NCBI GenBank assembly: GCA_965658895.1
Contig: CBFHUR010000002.1
Location: 21,451 to 85,450, forward strand
Origin: Candidatus Binatia bacterium
Lineage (GTDB): Bacteria; Desulfobacterota; Binatia; UBA12015
Direction of reading: 5' to 3'
DNA: 64,000 nt
Below the pieces are notes generated by a model. That model saw only the letters and a list, made by a program, of their open reading frames with translations. It did not search any database and was not told the origin of the DNA. A program made the translations under genes and the position numbers. Each line of letters begins with the position of its first letter. Position 1 is the stretch's first letter. Of the stretch, positions 47,831 through 57,306 are shown piece by piece.

Positions 47831-48949
47831 TCACCCCTCGGGTTCTCCTGTGCGTCGGTCACACTCGACACCCTGACAGCTCAGGCGCTGCTCGACGGGG
47901 ATCCCCTGAGAGAGATCCCGGAACCAGTCGACGAGTCGGACGCCGTTTTGCTCCACGCTGTAGAAATTATCCGAGTTGATGATGCAGTGCTGATCGCCGC
48001 TTCCGGTGTAGGAATAGAAGTTCGCTGAATCGTTGTGGGCGGCTTCAATCATCTCGGTCATGCCCTCGCTCCAGGCCGCGGCGCCACCGATGCCGCCCAT
48101 CGCCGCGAAGTAGAAGCTCTGGTTGTTATCGAATTTCGAGTTGTATTGACCGACGATATGCTCGGGAAAGAAGTTGGAGACTTCGGCATAGACATCCGAC
48201 AGATCGAGGGTGGTCAGATCGCGATTGTCCGGATTCAGACCGGGAATGAAAGCCGGCGATTGCTCATAGGCATTCCAGTTGGGGAAGCTGTCCTGGAAAA
48301 AGGTTTCCGTAATGACCCCGGCGCCGCAGTCGCCGATCTGAACGATCTCGGAATTCTGATAGTGCTCCATCAGGTAAGGGGCCCAACCGATCGAGCCATA
48401 CGCCCCGGCGCTGCAACCGGTGACAAAGATGTTCTCGGGTTTCTCGAAGTTCTCATACACCCAGTCCATCACTGCCTGAGAATTCACGCTTCCTTTGTGG
48501 TGGATGGTGAAGGCATCGTCGCCATCTCCATATTCGACAACATTGTTGCCCCAGTGAATATCGCCGGTGCAATACGGGATGAAGACGTGGTACCAATCCT
48601 TGAAAGGGTTTTCTTCATTGTCGCGGTCATAGATGCCGCGCCCCCGGATACCGGCCAGGCCGTCGACGTTCACCTCGGCGTTGAAAATCGCGTCGGCCAC
48701 ACTGCAGGTCAAATCATTCCAACAGGCACCACCGCCCATGAATTCGATCACGACCTTGTTCACAGTGCCGCCCCGGACCGCATAGGCGTACTCGGTTCCC
48801 CGCGAGCAGATGGTATCGCCTCCGGGTCGGATCACGGTCCACTCATCGGGCAGATCGGGAGTGGCGGGCGGTTTGTTGGAATCGCCGCATGCGGCGACAA
48901 GAAGAAGGGCGACTACGGCAAACAAGCGGAGGATTCGAATGTCTTTCAT
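47831..48949 (-). CDS. pectin-acetylesterase-like (PAE/Notum family) lipoprotein
   Basis: Lipobox 'LLVAAC' and 'IEFMGGGACWNDLTCS...PYCTGDIHWGNN' PAE-type motifs. Start trimmed to MKDIR. Confidence 0.45.
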   Translation of the reverse strand: MKDIRILRLFAVVALLLVAACGDSNKPPATPDLPDEWTVIRPGGDTICSRGTEYAYAVRGGTVNKVVIEFMGGGACWNDLTCSVADAIFNAEVNVDGLAGIRGRGIYDRDNEENPFKDWYHVFIPYCTGDIHWGNNVVEYGDGDDAFTIHHKGSVNSQAVMDWVYENFEKPENIFVTGCSAGAYGSIGWAPYLMEHYQNSEIVQIGDCGAGVITETFFQDSFPNWNAYEQSPAFIPGLNPDNRDLTTLDLSDVYAEVSNFFPEHIVGQYNSKFDNNQSFYFAAMGGIGGAAAWSEGMTEMIEAAHNDSANFYSYTGSGDQHCIINSDNFYSVEQNGVRLVDWFRDLSQGIPVEQRLSCQGVECDRRTGEPEG

Positions 48950-49017
48950 GGGGGATCCTTTTTTGGTGGGACGCTGCGAGGCTTTCACCGCACGCCCGGA
49001 TGAAACTGCTGATACGT

Positions 49018-49467
49018 TCAGCTCTCCACGACCTCGCCGCCAAAATCGGAAGCATGCGCGGCGGCCATGATTTCAAGGAACCATGCCGGGAACTGACTCA
49101 CAAATTTATTGACGTCCCAAATATCGCTCCAGCGGTAGATTTTGCCGGCGCGCATCTGATGGACGGTCGCGAATCGATTGGTGGCGGTTTCGCCGGTTTT
49201 GAAGGTCCACACCTCGGTATGGTCGAGCATGGCGAGATCCCCGTCGACGGCGAGGTGATGGATTGTATGTTCGTGATGGATCAGATGGTCGAAGGCAATC
49301 CGCAGCCGCCGGACTGTATTTTCCGGTCCCGCCGCCCCGGTATCCTCTGTCGGGACATCTTCGTACTGGACCTCGGGGTCGAGACAACCCTTCAGGGTTT
49401 CCCAATCCTGAGCACTAAGCGCGGCCCACATTCGTTCGATGGTCTGGAGGTTTTCTTCTCGGGACAT
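49018..49467 (-). CDS. SnoaL-like / NTF2-fold protein
   Basis: 'ENLQTIERMWAALSAQDWETLKGCLDPEVQYEDVP' fits the cone-shaped alpha+beta barrel pattern. Confidence 0.5.
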   Translation of the reverse strand: MSREENLQTIERMWAALSAQDWETLKGCLDPEVQYEDVPTEDTGAAGPENTVRRLRIAFDHLIHHEHTIHHLAVDGDLAMLDHTEVWTFKTGETATNRFATVHQMRAGKIYRWSDIWDVNKFVSQFPAWFLEIMAAAHASDFGGEVVES

Positions 49468-49589
49468 GGTTTTCCCCTATCATGACAGGATCAAGTGTAA
49501 ATTCCCGGGGCCAGAAACCCGCCAAAAAACGCAGCCGAGAACGTGCAGGCAGGCTATTGCTGGGCTAAAATCATGGCAGGTTCTGTGCC

Positions 49590-50420
49590 ATGCCGAAGAC
49601 CTCACTCCAGACCAGTCGCCCTTCTCCTCTCGAGGATCTGCTCGCGGTGGCCGAATGGCCCGAGGCGCAAGCCGAAGAAATCCGCGACCTCGAACGCGCG
49701 ACAAGATCGCATTCCTTGTTTGCCAGTCTCAACACGCCGGCTCGGCTGGCCGTGTTTTCGGAAATCCATGTTTACGCCGTCTGGGATTTCATGGCTCTCC
49801 TGCATTCTGTGCGTCAGGGAATTTGCCCCGGGGATATCCTCTGGAAGCCGCCGGCACATCCAACAGCAGCGCGTCTTCTTCACGAGATTCTTCTCGAAGA
49901 AGAGTGCGGCCATTCGATCGACGGCGAGCCACTTTCGCATTTTGAATCCTACCTGCTTGCGATGCGCGGCCTGAAGGCCTCCCCTCGGAGTGTACTCGGC
50001 TTTCTCGAGGATCTGCGCGAGGGTGTCTCTGCCGGGGAAGCTCTCGAGAAATATGCGCCTTCGGCTGCTCGACCTTTTGTGGAAGGAACGCTTGCCGTCA
50101 CCCAGGCAAGCCTCCCGGAGAGGATCGCGGTACTCGCGGTGGGGCGAGAGAGGCTGATCCCGGAGATGTTCCCGGTGCTCGAGGCTTCGGTGCTTGAGGC
50201 TTCGGTCTCGAGGCTGGCGGGTTCGGTAGATCTGAAACCCTTCCGGTTTTATCTGGAGCGCCACATCGAGGTCGATGGTGGGGAGCACGGCCCGGCTACA
50301 GCCGAACTGGTCGCTCTTTATGCGAAGGGAAATGCCGATGCCGCTCGCGCGGCAGTGCGGGCCTTGCGGGCTCGTGTGGCACTTTGGGACGGGATTTTGG
50401 AGGCCCTGCCCGAGGCCTAA
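49590..50420 (+). CDS. DUF3050 protein (heme-oxygenase-like fold, possible diiron enzyme)
   Basis: 'HVYAVWDFMALLHSV' and 'LLEEECGHS' are helical HO-like segments with E/H ligand candidates. Contains an in-frame 15-bp tandem duplication (EASVLEASVS) at about 50170-50200. Confidence 0.5.
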   Translation: MPKTSLQTSRPSPLEDLLAVAEWPEAQAEEIRDLERATRSHSLFASLNTPARLAVFSEIHVYAVWDFMALLHSVRQGICPGDILWKPPAHPTAARLLHEILLEEECGHSIDGEPLSHFESYLLAMRGLKASPRSVLGFLEDLREGVSAGEALEKYAPSAARPFVEGTLAVTQASLPERIAVLAVGRERLIPEMFPVLEASVLEASVSRLAGSVDLKPFRFYLERHIEVDGGEHGPATAELVALYAKGNADAARAAVRALRARVALWDGILEALPEA

Positions 50421-50511
50421 TCTTCTCGATCGGGCTGCGCGCCCGTCCCCGGCACCGGTTCCCGTGCGGGTTCCGCTTTACAACAGGCGCGAAAATCCGC
50501 AGGGTTTCTTC

Positions 50512-52494
50512 ATGAGACGCTGTGCAAATCCCCATGGATCTCTCGCCATCATCTCTATACTTGTCGCCCTGCTTGTCGGCTGCCAGCAAAGTGCTCCTGC
50601 GGATTGGGAAAATCCTTCGCCGGGCGAATGGCTGACCTATGGTGGCAGTCTGGCGCGTAACTTCTCCCGCGCGGACGAGGACTTTCTGACGGCCGAGAAT
50701 GCCGCCCGTCTGGTGCCTTTATGGCGGTTCACCACCGGGGCTGTGGTCACGGCATCTCCCATCGTCGCCCGGGTCGAATTTGCCGACGGTTCTGTCGAAA
50801 AGCTCGTCTATATCTCCTCCTGGGACGGCAACTTCTATGCCTTGCGCGCCAGCGATGGAGAGTTGGTTTGGAGTCATCGGTTCAAGCCTCATCCGGGCGC
50901 TTCTTTTCCGAACGCGGGATCGGCTGCGGTGGCTGACTTGGACGGGCGTCGCCGGGTGTTCGTCGCGGGCGGGATGTCGATGTACTCGCTGGATGCGGCT
51001 ACCGGGGAGTTGCTTTGGGAATTTGACGCCGGCACCGGTTGCACGGATTGCGGTTTTCTCGAGGAGCGCAACGAGATCTTGTCATCGCCGGCGGTGTTTG
51101 GCGGTCTCGTCTACTTCGGCATGGACATCAATGACTTTGGCAACGGCAAAGGCGGTTTTTATGCAGTCGATGCGCGCCGCGGGACATTGCATTGGTATTT
51201 TGACGTGGTGACCGGGGCGCATTGCCGTCCGGACGCAAGCGACGAGGTGCGTCGTTTCGATGGCTATCACTCGGCCGGTGAACTCGGTTTGCCCGAGGAC
51301 TTCTTTTCCACACGTGCCGGGTGCGGGTTCGATCGTCGCGGTGTCGCCTGCGGCAACGTCTGGTCATCGGCAGCCATCGACCCCGAGCGCAACCTCCTTT
51401 ATGCGACATCGAGCAACTGCGACACCGACTACGACCCGGCGACGTCGGCGCCTGAACCCCCGATGCCGCCCTTTGACGAGGCATTATTCGCTCTGGATCT
51501 GGATACCGGAGAACCGCAGTGGAAGTGGCGTGCCTATGAAGTCGACAACGAGGATCTGGCGATCGGGGCTGTGCCCAATCTCTTCAAGACTGTCATTGAC
51601 GGCGAGGAACGCGAAGTCGTGGGCTACGGTCAGAAAAACGGATTCTATTATCTTCTGGATCGCGACGGGGTGAACGAGATCACTGGAAAAGTGGAACCCT
51701 ATTGGCAGACGCAGGTGGTTCCCGGAGGAGATATCGGGGGCATTATCGCAAGCTCTGCGGTTCTCGACAATCGTGTCCACCTCACCACGGCCATCGGTGA
51801 GGACCTGTCTTCCCCGCAGCTGCCTGCCGCCTTTACCCTCGATGCGTCCACAGGAGAGATTCTCTGGGCCAGCCTGGATTCCATGCCGAGCTATGCGCCG
51901 ACCTCGGCTGTGCCCGGCGTCATGATGGGCGGCTCTCTGGGGGGATCTGTGTTTCTCTATGACGCGCAAACCGGAGCGATCCTCAACCGTCTACCGGTCA
52001 GCGGTCCGGTATCGTCGCCTGCAGTTGTGGTCGATGGGGTTCTCTTTGTTGGCTCGGGTACCGGTGCCCGCGGAGGATCACCCGCGAGCATTGCCTTTCT
52101 GACCTCGTTGCTCCCGAACCCTGTCTCGGCATTTTGCATCAGCGGGACGGAAGGATGCCCGGAGGGCGGTACCTGCGACGATGGAAATACCTGCACGGAC
52201 GACAGGGTCGAGGAGGATGGAGAGTGTGCGCATTCACAACGGCCCGATGGGACGATCTGTTCGGTCGGTGCGTTTGGGGGAGAATGCCAGGAGGGCTTCT
52301 GCCTGGTCGCCGAACGAATTTGCGAAGACGACAACCAATGCACGGTAGATCGGGTGACGGCATCGGGTTGTCGCTACGAGGTTCTTCCCGATGGAACGCC
52401 GTGCGTCGTTCGAGATGATGCGGGCGCATGCCGCCGCAGTCAATGTGAAAAACTGGAAGCGACACCGGAGGCCAGCAAAGGAGATCCGTCATGA
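50512..52494 (+). CDS. PQQ-repeat beta-propeller lipoprotein with a C-terminal Myxococcus-type cysteine-rich repeat region
   Basis: Lipobox 'LVALLVGC', repeated 'G.LYA.DA.TGELLW' PQQ-like blades and C-terminal 'C.DGNTCT.D...DG.C' repeats. Start trimmed to MRRCAN (ATG 50512). Confidence 0.55.
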   Translation: MRRCANPHGSLAIISILVALLVGCQQSAPADWENPSPGEWLTYGGSLARNFSRADEDFLTAENAARLVPLWRFTTGAVVTASPIVARVEFADGSVEKLVYISSWDGNFYALRASDGELVWSHRFKPHPGASFPNAGSAAVADLDGRRRVFVAGGMSMYSLDAATGELLWEFDAGTGCTDCGFLEERNEILSSPAVFGGLVYFGMDINDFGNGKGGFYAVDARRGTLHWYFDVVTGAHCRPDASDEVRRFDGYHSAGELGLPEDFFSTRAGCGFDRRGVACGNVWSSAAIDPERNLLYATSSNCDTDYDPATSAPEPPMPPFDEALFALDLDTGEPQWKWRAYEVDNEDLAIGAVPNLFKTVIDGEEREVVGYGQKNGFYYLLDRDGVNEITGKVEPYWQTQVVPGGDIGGIIASSAVLDNRVHLTTAIGEDLSSPQLPAAFTLDASTGEILWASLDSMPSYAPTSAVPGVMMGGSLGGSVFLYDAQTGAILNRLPVSGPVSSPAVVVDGVLFVGSGTGARGGSPASIAFLTSLLPNPVSAFCISGTEGCPEGGTCDDGNTCTDDRVEEDGECAHSQRPDGTICSVGAFGGECQEGFCLVAERICEDDNQCTVDRVTASGCRYEVLPDGTPCVVRDDAGACRRSQCEKLEATPEASKGDPS

Positions 52495-53600
52495 GGCAAA
52501 TAGAATCTCGAAGCTTATGGGTTACCGTTGCGACAGCCGTGCTGGCGTTCGGGTTTGGGTGTGGCGGTTCGGACAAGTTGCAGCCAATTGCTTTCGGTGC
52601 CGAAGGCAATCGCCTGCTGGCTTATGAGACCCAGGCACCCTGGGCGGTCCAGACGGTAATCGAACGGTTTTCGCAGGACCCGTCCGGTTGGGATATCAAC
52701 GGTCAGATTTGTTTTGTCCCGGATGGTTCCGGGCGCTTTGTGGCGGGCGAAGATACTGGTCAGCCCAATCCACCGGCGGGCTATGGCTTCTTCCAACTTT
52801 CCGGCCGCCGCGTCGGGGAACTTGAAGCCGCGCGCATCGGCAAACTCACACCCACGTATCAGGAGGCGCGCAGTCAACCGGAGCCCTACGGTTGCGGGTT
52901 TCTGAGTGATGGTCGGCTCCTCACCACAGATGTCGGCAATCAGTCCTCCGGAGATCCCACAGGCCAGTTGATGATCTGGTTTCCACCTTTCGACCGCGAC
53001 ACCGTTCGGTATTGCAAGCTCGACGTGGCCATTGGCACTGCAGGCGGGATTTATGTTGATCCGCAGGATCGTGTTTACGTGGCGAGCGCCCGGGCAACCG
53101 CAGGCGTGCTTCTCTTTGAGCCACCCTATCCCACCTCGGATGATGCATCGGGAGGGTGTGGTCGCGTGGATGCCACCGGGGCCCCTTTGGCAGATCAAGT
53201 GCAGCAGGAGACCTTCATCGCGGCCAACTCGAACTCACCCACGCCGAATGCGGTAGCCGCGTCGGGTCGAGACACGATCTATGTTTCGAGCGTTTTCAAT
53301 GGAGTGATCTCCGAATACGACCTGGACGGCGCATTTTTGCGACGCATTCTGGAGCCGCCTTCGGACGAATCCCTTGGACCCATTCCCTTCAGCACCGGTA
53401 GCCCCATGGGGATCGCGGTCGACCGCGCGGGCCGAGTCTTTTACGCGGATCTGGGGATTCGGGTGAGTGGTTCCGGGATTGGCCCGGGTCGATTGGCGGG
53501 CAGCTATCGGATGATCGAATTTCTGGATGGAGAGCCACAGCCGCCGCAGGCGTTGGCGTCCGGGTTGGCGTTTCCCGATGGCGCCGGAATTATGGAGTGA
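52491..53600 (+). CDS. hypothetical lipoprotein (beta-rich), translationally coupled to the PQQ-propeller gene
   Basis: Lipobox 'LAFGFGC' and an ATGA overlap with the upstream gene. Confidence 0.45.
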   Translation: MRQIESRSLWVTVATAVLAFGFGCGGSDKLQPIAFGAEGNRLLAYETQAPWAVQTVIERFSQDPSGWDINGQICFVPDGSGRFVAGEDTGQPNPPAGYGFFQLSGRRVGELEAARIGKLTPTYQEARSQPEPYGCGFLSDGRLLTTDVGNQSSGDPTGQLMIWFPPFDRDTVRYCKLDVAIGTAGGIYVDPQDRVYVASARATAGVLLFEPPYPTSDDASGGCGRVDATGAPLADQVQQETFIAANSNSPTPNAVAASGRDTIYVSSVFNGVISEYDLDGAFLRRILEPPSDESLGPIPFSTGSPMGIAVDRAGRVFYADLGIRVSGSGIGPGRLAGSYRMIEFLDGEPQPPQALASGLAFPDGAGIME

Positions 53601-54822
53601 GTCGATCGAGCCAGGGTCGGGCATGGAACCAGGCCAGTCCGGTGGACACCACCAGAAGGATGCCCAGAGCCATCAGGGTGAAATGAAATCCGGTTTGGTC
53701 AATGCTCGCCCCGACCAGAGGGCCGAGGACGAAGAAGCTTAGCCGAAAGAGGAGACTGCGCAGGGACAGAAAGGCTGCGCGATCGCCCGAGGCAGGGATC
53801 AATCGCTGTTCGACATGATGCATGGCCGGGGCCACCAGCCCGCGGATTGCCGTCAGGAAGAAGTAGAAGACGAAGCCCCACCACGCATGCACAAGCGATA
53901 GCCCCAGGTAGCCGAGTCCGGCCAGAAGGACACCGACCAAAGCGAGTTTTCGGGTTCCGAGAAGGCTTTGTGCTCGGGTGCTGGCAATGGCGGTGAGGGC
54001 GACGGTGTAGTTGGCAACCGCCCATAGGGGTCCGATCCATTCCGGGGGGACGCCGGCGGCTTCCGCGTAGAGCGGGATGATCCATACAGGGATAAAGGAG
54101 CAGAGCCCGAGAACCGTGATCAGGAGGATCATGGCGCGCAGTCCGGGATTGTCGACCAGCGCCTCCCGGGTGATCTGTCGCATCCGTTGTAGATGCCCGG
54201 AGTGTGCCTGGGGCACTCGGTCCGGCTCGATCAAGGAGAAGGCGACCACAAAGGCCCCCGCCCAGACCGGGATCTGCAGAAGAAAGGGCAGTTGCGGAGA
54301 CATCGTGTAGAGAAACCCCGCGCCGAGCGCTGCGGTTCCCTCAGCGCCCTGCCCGGTAAAGCGGATGCGTCCCATCCACCGGGTAAAGGCAGCCTCCTGC
54401 CTGATAGCGACCAGGGATTCATATAAAAGGGCGCTGTCCGAGCCGGAGATCAAGGCCATGGAAAGACCGAGAATCAACTCGGCAAGAAGGATTCCCATGA
54501 AATCGGTCGCGATCAGATAAGCCGACCATCCGATGACGCCGAGTCCCGCGGCGAACATCAATGTGCGCCGATAGCCGATGCGATCGGCCACATATCCGGA
54601 CGGAAATTCGGCCAGCACCATGACCAGGCCGAAGATCCCTTGCAGAAGCATGATTTCGGTCATGTCCAGACCGAGTTCGCGGCTTTGATAGAGGGTGATG
54701 ATGGCCACCGGGAAGAGGGTCATCTGCAAGGCATTGAACCCGGCGAGCCGCGGCAGGTTTTTCGAGAGCTTGTCGGGGGTGGCGGGCACGAATAAGAGCT
54801 TTGGCAATAAAGGTGGGCGCAA
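53590..54822 (-). CDS. MFS transporter
   Basis: 12-TM profile with an MFS loop signature 'GYVADRIGYRRTLM'. Confidence 0.75.
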   Translation of the reverse strand: MRPPLLPKLLFVPATPDKLSKNLPRLAGFNALQMTLFPVAIITLYQSRELGLDMTEIMLLQGIFGLVMVLAEFPSGYVADRIGYRRTLMFAAGLGVIGWSAYLIATDFMGILLAELILGLSMALISGSDSALLYESLVAIRQEAAFTRWMGRIRFTGQGAEGTAALGAGFLYTMSPQLPFLLQIPVWAGAFVVAFSLIEPDRVPQAHSGHLQRMRQITREALVDNPGLRAMILLITVLGLCSFIPVWIIPLYAEAAGVPPEWIGPLWAVANYTVALTAIASTRAQSLLGTRKLALVGVLLAGLGYLGLSLVHAWWGFVFYFFLTAIRGLVAPAMHHVEQRLIPASGDRAAFLSLRSLLFRLSFFVLGPLVGASIDQTGFHFTLMALGILLVVSTGLAWFHARPWLDRLTP

Positions 54823-54874
54823 TCCAATTGCGGATTGGCCCGATGTCCCCGAGCTTGTATAAAAAGACCTGTAT

Positions 54875-55948
54875 ATGACGATCGGTTACGGCATTATCGG
54901 CACGGGCATGATGGGCATCGAGCATGCGATGAATTTGAAAATTCTCGATGGCGCCGAGATTGTGGCGGTCTCTGATCCCAACCCCGAGCCCCGCGACTGG
55001 ATCCGTCCCGTGCTCGCGCCATCAACGGCTGTCCTGACGGATACCGAGGAATTGCTCGCCCGTTCGGATGTCGACGTCGCGGTGATCGCCTCGCCGAATT
55101 TTACCCACCGTGAAGTTCTGGAAAAAGTGCTCGCCGCCGGCAAGCATGTGATGGTCGAGAAACCGATGTGCACGACGCTGGAGGATGCGCTTTGGGCCCA
55201 TGAGGCGGCCAAACGCTATCGCGGGCTTTTTTGGGTCGGGTTGGAATACCGCTACATGGGGCCGATCAAACGATTGGTCTCGGAACTTCAGGGGGGCACC
55301 GCCGGCAACGCCCGCATGATTGCCATCCGCGAACATCGCTTTCCGTTTTTACCGAAGGTTGGCGACTGGAATCGTTTCAATCGCAATTCGGGGGGCACCT
55401 TTGTCGAGAAGTGTTGTCACTTCTTTGACCTGATGCGTCTTCTCGCGGGGAGTGAGCCGAGCCGCGTGTATTGCTCGGCGGGACAGGATGTAAATCATCT
55501 CGACGAATCCTACGACGGCGAAACGCCGGACATTCTCGATAACGGCTTTGTCGTTGTTGATTTTGCGAACGGGATTCGGGGCATGCTCGACCTATGCATG
55601 TTCGGGGAAGGCTCGCGGGAAGAGCAGGAGGTTTCGGTCATCGGGGATCGGGGCAAACTCGAGGCTTTGATCCCCAGTTCACGGTTCGTGTTGGGCAAGA
55701 GGTCTCCGGTGTCGGTGGCCGAGGAAGTCATCGAGGTCGACGAGACGATTCTCAAAGCAGGGTTCCACCATGGCTCGACCTATTATGAGCACCAGGCGTT
55801 TCTGCAGGCTCTCCATAACGATCAGCCGCCCGAAGTTTCGTCCTGGGACGGATTGATGTCCGTTGTGATGGGACTTGCCGCACAGGATTCCGCGGAGCAG
55901 GGCCGAGCGGTCGAGATCTCCGAGTACGATCTGCCCGACCGCGACTGA
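54875..55948 (+). CDS. Gfo/Idh/MocA-family NAD(P)-dependent oxidoreductase
   Basis: 'IGYGIIGTGMMGIEHAMNL' Rossmann start and 'VMVEKPM' catalytic segment. Confidence 0.75.
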   Translation: MTIGYGIIGTGMMGIEHAMNLKILDGAEIVAVSDPNPEPRDWIRPVLAPSTAVLTDTEELLARSDVDVAVIASPNFTHREVLEKVLAAGKHVMVEKPMCTTLEDALWAHEAAKRYRGLFWVGLEYRYMGPIKRLVSELQGGTAGNARMIAIREHRFPFLPKVGDWNRFNRNSGGTFVEKCCHFFDLMRLLAGSEPSRVYCSAGQDVNHLDESYDGETPDILDNGFVVVDFANGIRGMLDLCMFGEGSREEQEVSVIGDRGKLEALIPSSRFVLGKRSPVSVAEEVIEVDETILKAGFHHGSTYYEHQAFLQALHNDQPPEVSSWDGLMSVVMGLAAQDSAEQGRAVEISEYDLPDRD

Positions 55949-56905
55949 TCACCCGGCGGCAAGCGCAGCGAGAACCCGACGTTTGCCGACAAAAGGCTTG
56001 CGTCCATGCATCACCCGATCGTTATTGACCAGACAGACGTCGCCGGGTTTCCACATCAGATCAAAGGTCAGCTCATTCGCGATCGCGTTGGCCGTCTCGA
56101 CACCTTCGTCGGGCAAGGGTGAGCCATCGCCAAAGGTGATCGCGCGGGCGGGATCATTACGGGTATCTTTCCACCCCTGGGTTGCCGCGATCAGCTGGTT
56201 GAAAAAGCTTTGGCGGCCATCGGGCAATACTTTTACCGCGGGGAGCGTGGGGGTTGTGGCACGCAGGGCGTCGTCGGCCAGCCATTCCCATGAGTAGCCA
56301 AGCTCGCGAAGGCGCTTTTCGGCATCCTCTTTTGTTTCGGCCGCAAATGTACTTCGCCAGCTGCGGCCCATGCTCGACCCGGGGTCTGCCGCACCCGCCA
56401 TGACGTTCGTGTAGCGGAGCCCCTTGTTCTCGCAGTCCCTCGCGAAAACGGCATCTCGCGCGCAAAGGGTCTCCCATAGAATATCGGATCGGCATAGAGG
56501 CGTGGCACCGCCCTCGCTTGCAGCGAATTCGCAGAAAAAGAACAAGGCACTCGGGGGGAGCGGTGTTTGTGCCATTTCATGATGGAGAAAGATCGACAGG
56601 TGGGCTGGCGCTTCGTTGGCAGAAAAGACTCGCTCGGTAAACGAGATACGGTGAGCATTCGAGAGCGAATCTGCGTAAGGAAACGCCGGCAGTCCCACAG
56701 CCTCGACAAAGCTGTCGAAGGTCTCGGCATCCACAACGGGGAGCCCGCGCACGACAACCGCACCATCGCTGGCCATATGCGCCAGCAAGACCTTGCGATG
56801 TCTAGCTACCCAGTCTCGAATTTCGGAGTCCTCTTGCGCTCGGATACCGGGAGGGAAGAGACGACCGCCGAAGTCTCTGGCGTGAGGGATTTCAATCGAT
56901 TCCAT
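55949..56905 (-). CDS. TauD/TfdA-family Fe(II)/2-oxoglutarate dioxygenase
   Basis: 'LHHE' HxD/E motif and C-terminal 'NNDRVMHGRKPF' conserved His/Arg. Confidence 0.6.
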   Translation of the reverse strand: MESIEIPHARDFGGRLFPPGIRAQEDSEIRDWVARHRKVLLAHMASDGAVVVRGLPVVDAETFDSFVEAVGLPAFPYADSLSNAHRISFTERVFSANEAPAHLSIFLHHEMAQTPLPPSALFFFCEFAASEGGATPLCRSDILWETLCARDAVFARDCENKGLRYTNVMAGAADPGSSMGRSWRSTFAAETKEDAEKRLRELGYSWEWLADDALRATTPTLPAVKVLPDGRQSFFNQLIAATQGWKDTRNDPARAITFGDGSPLPDEGVETANAIANELTFDLMWKPGDVCLVNNDRVMHGRKPFVGKRRVLAALAAG

Positions 56906-56958
56906 AATCGCCTGTGAAAACGTTTTCCGGCCTCAAGGTCCGGAGAGGTTTTCTCTCG

Positions 56959-57201
56959 TCAGTCCTGCTTCGGATCTTTCGCCTTGTTGTGATCGGCGTC
57001 TTGCTCGGCCGCCACGGCGGCCGCGGCATCGGCGTCTTCGACGCCCCCGCCATCGCCCGGATTCTCGATGCTTTCGAGATACGCCGACGGGGCCTCGATT
57101 CCCTGCGAAGTGTCCTCCTTTTCGGCGTGAACCAGGGTCGGGGCGGCAAAGAAGCCGATCCCCAGAGCGAGCACGGAGAGTACAAAAGCACGGTTGTCCA
57201 T
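56959..57201 (-). CDS. small secreted acidic protein (80 aa), speculative
   Basis: Signal peptide 'VLSVLALGIGFFAAPTLVHA' and good GC3 codon bias. Confidence 0.35.
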   Translation of the reverse strand: MDNRAFVLSVLALGIGFFAAPTLVHAEKEDTSQGIEAPSAYLESIENPGDGGGVEDADAAAAVAAEQDADHNKAKDPKQD

Positions 57202-57246
57202 AGGGCGAAGCCTAACATGCCCGGGCCGGAAACCGATACGGCAGAC

Positions 57247-57265
57247 ATGGACAACCGTTGTCCAT
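57247..57265. promoter_or_regulatory. near-perfect 19-bp palindrome ATGGACAAC-c-GTTGTCCAT overlapping the -35 region of a promoter (TAGAAT -10 at 57275-57280). A third copy of GTTGTCCAT lies at 57194-57202.
   Basis: Read directly. It sits in the divergent spacer between two small signal-peptide genes. Confidence 0.45.
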
Positions 57266-57306
57266 ACCTGCCGCTAGAATGTTTCCCAAAAGGAGAGAAA
57301 TCTATC

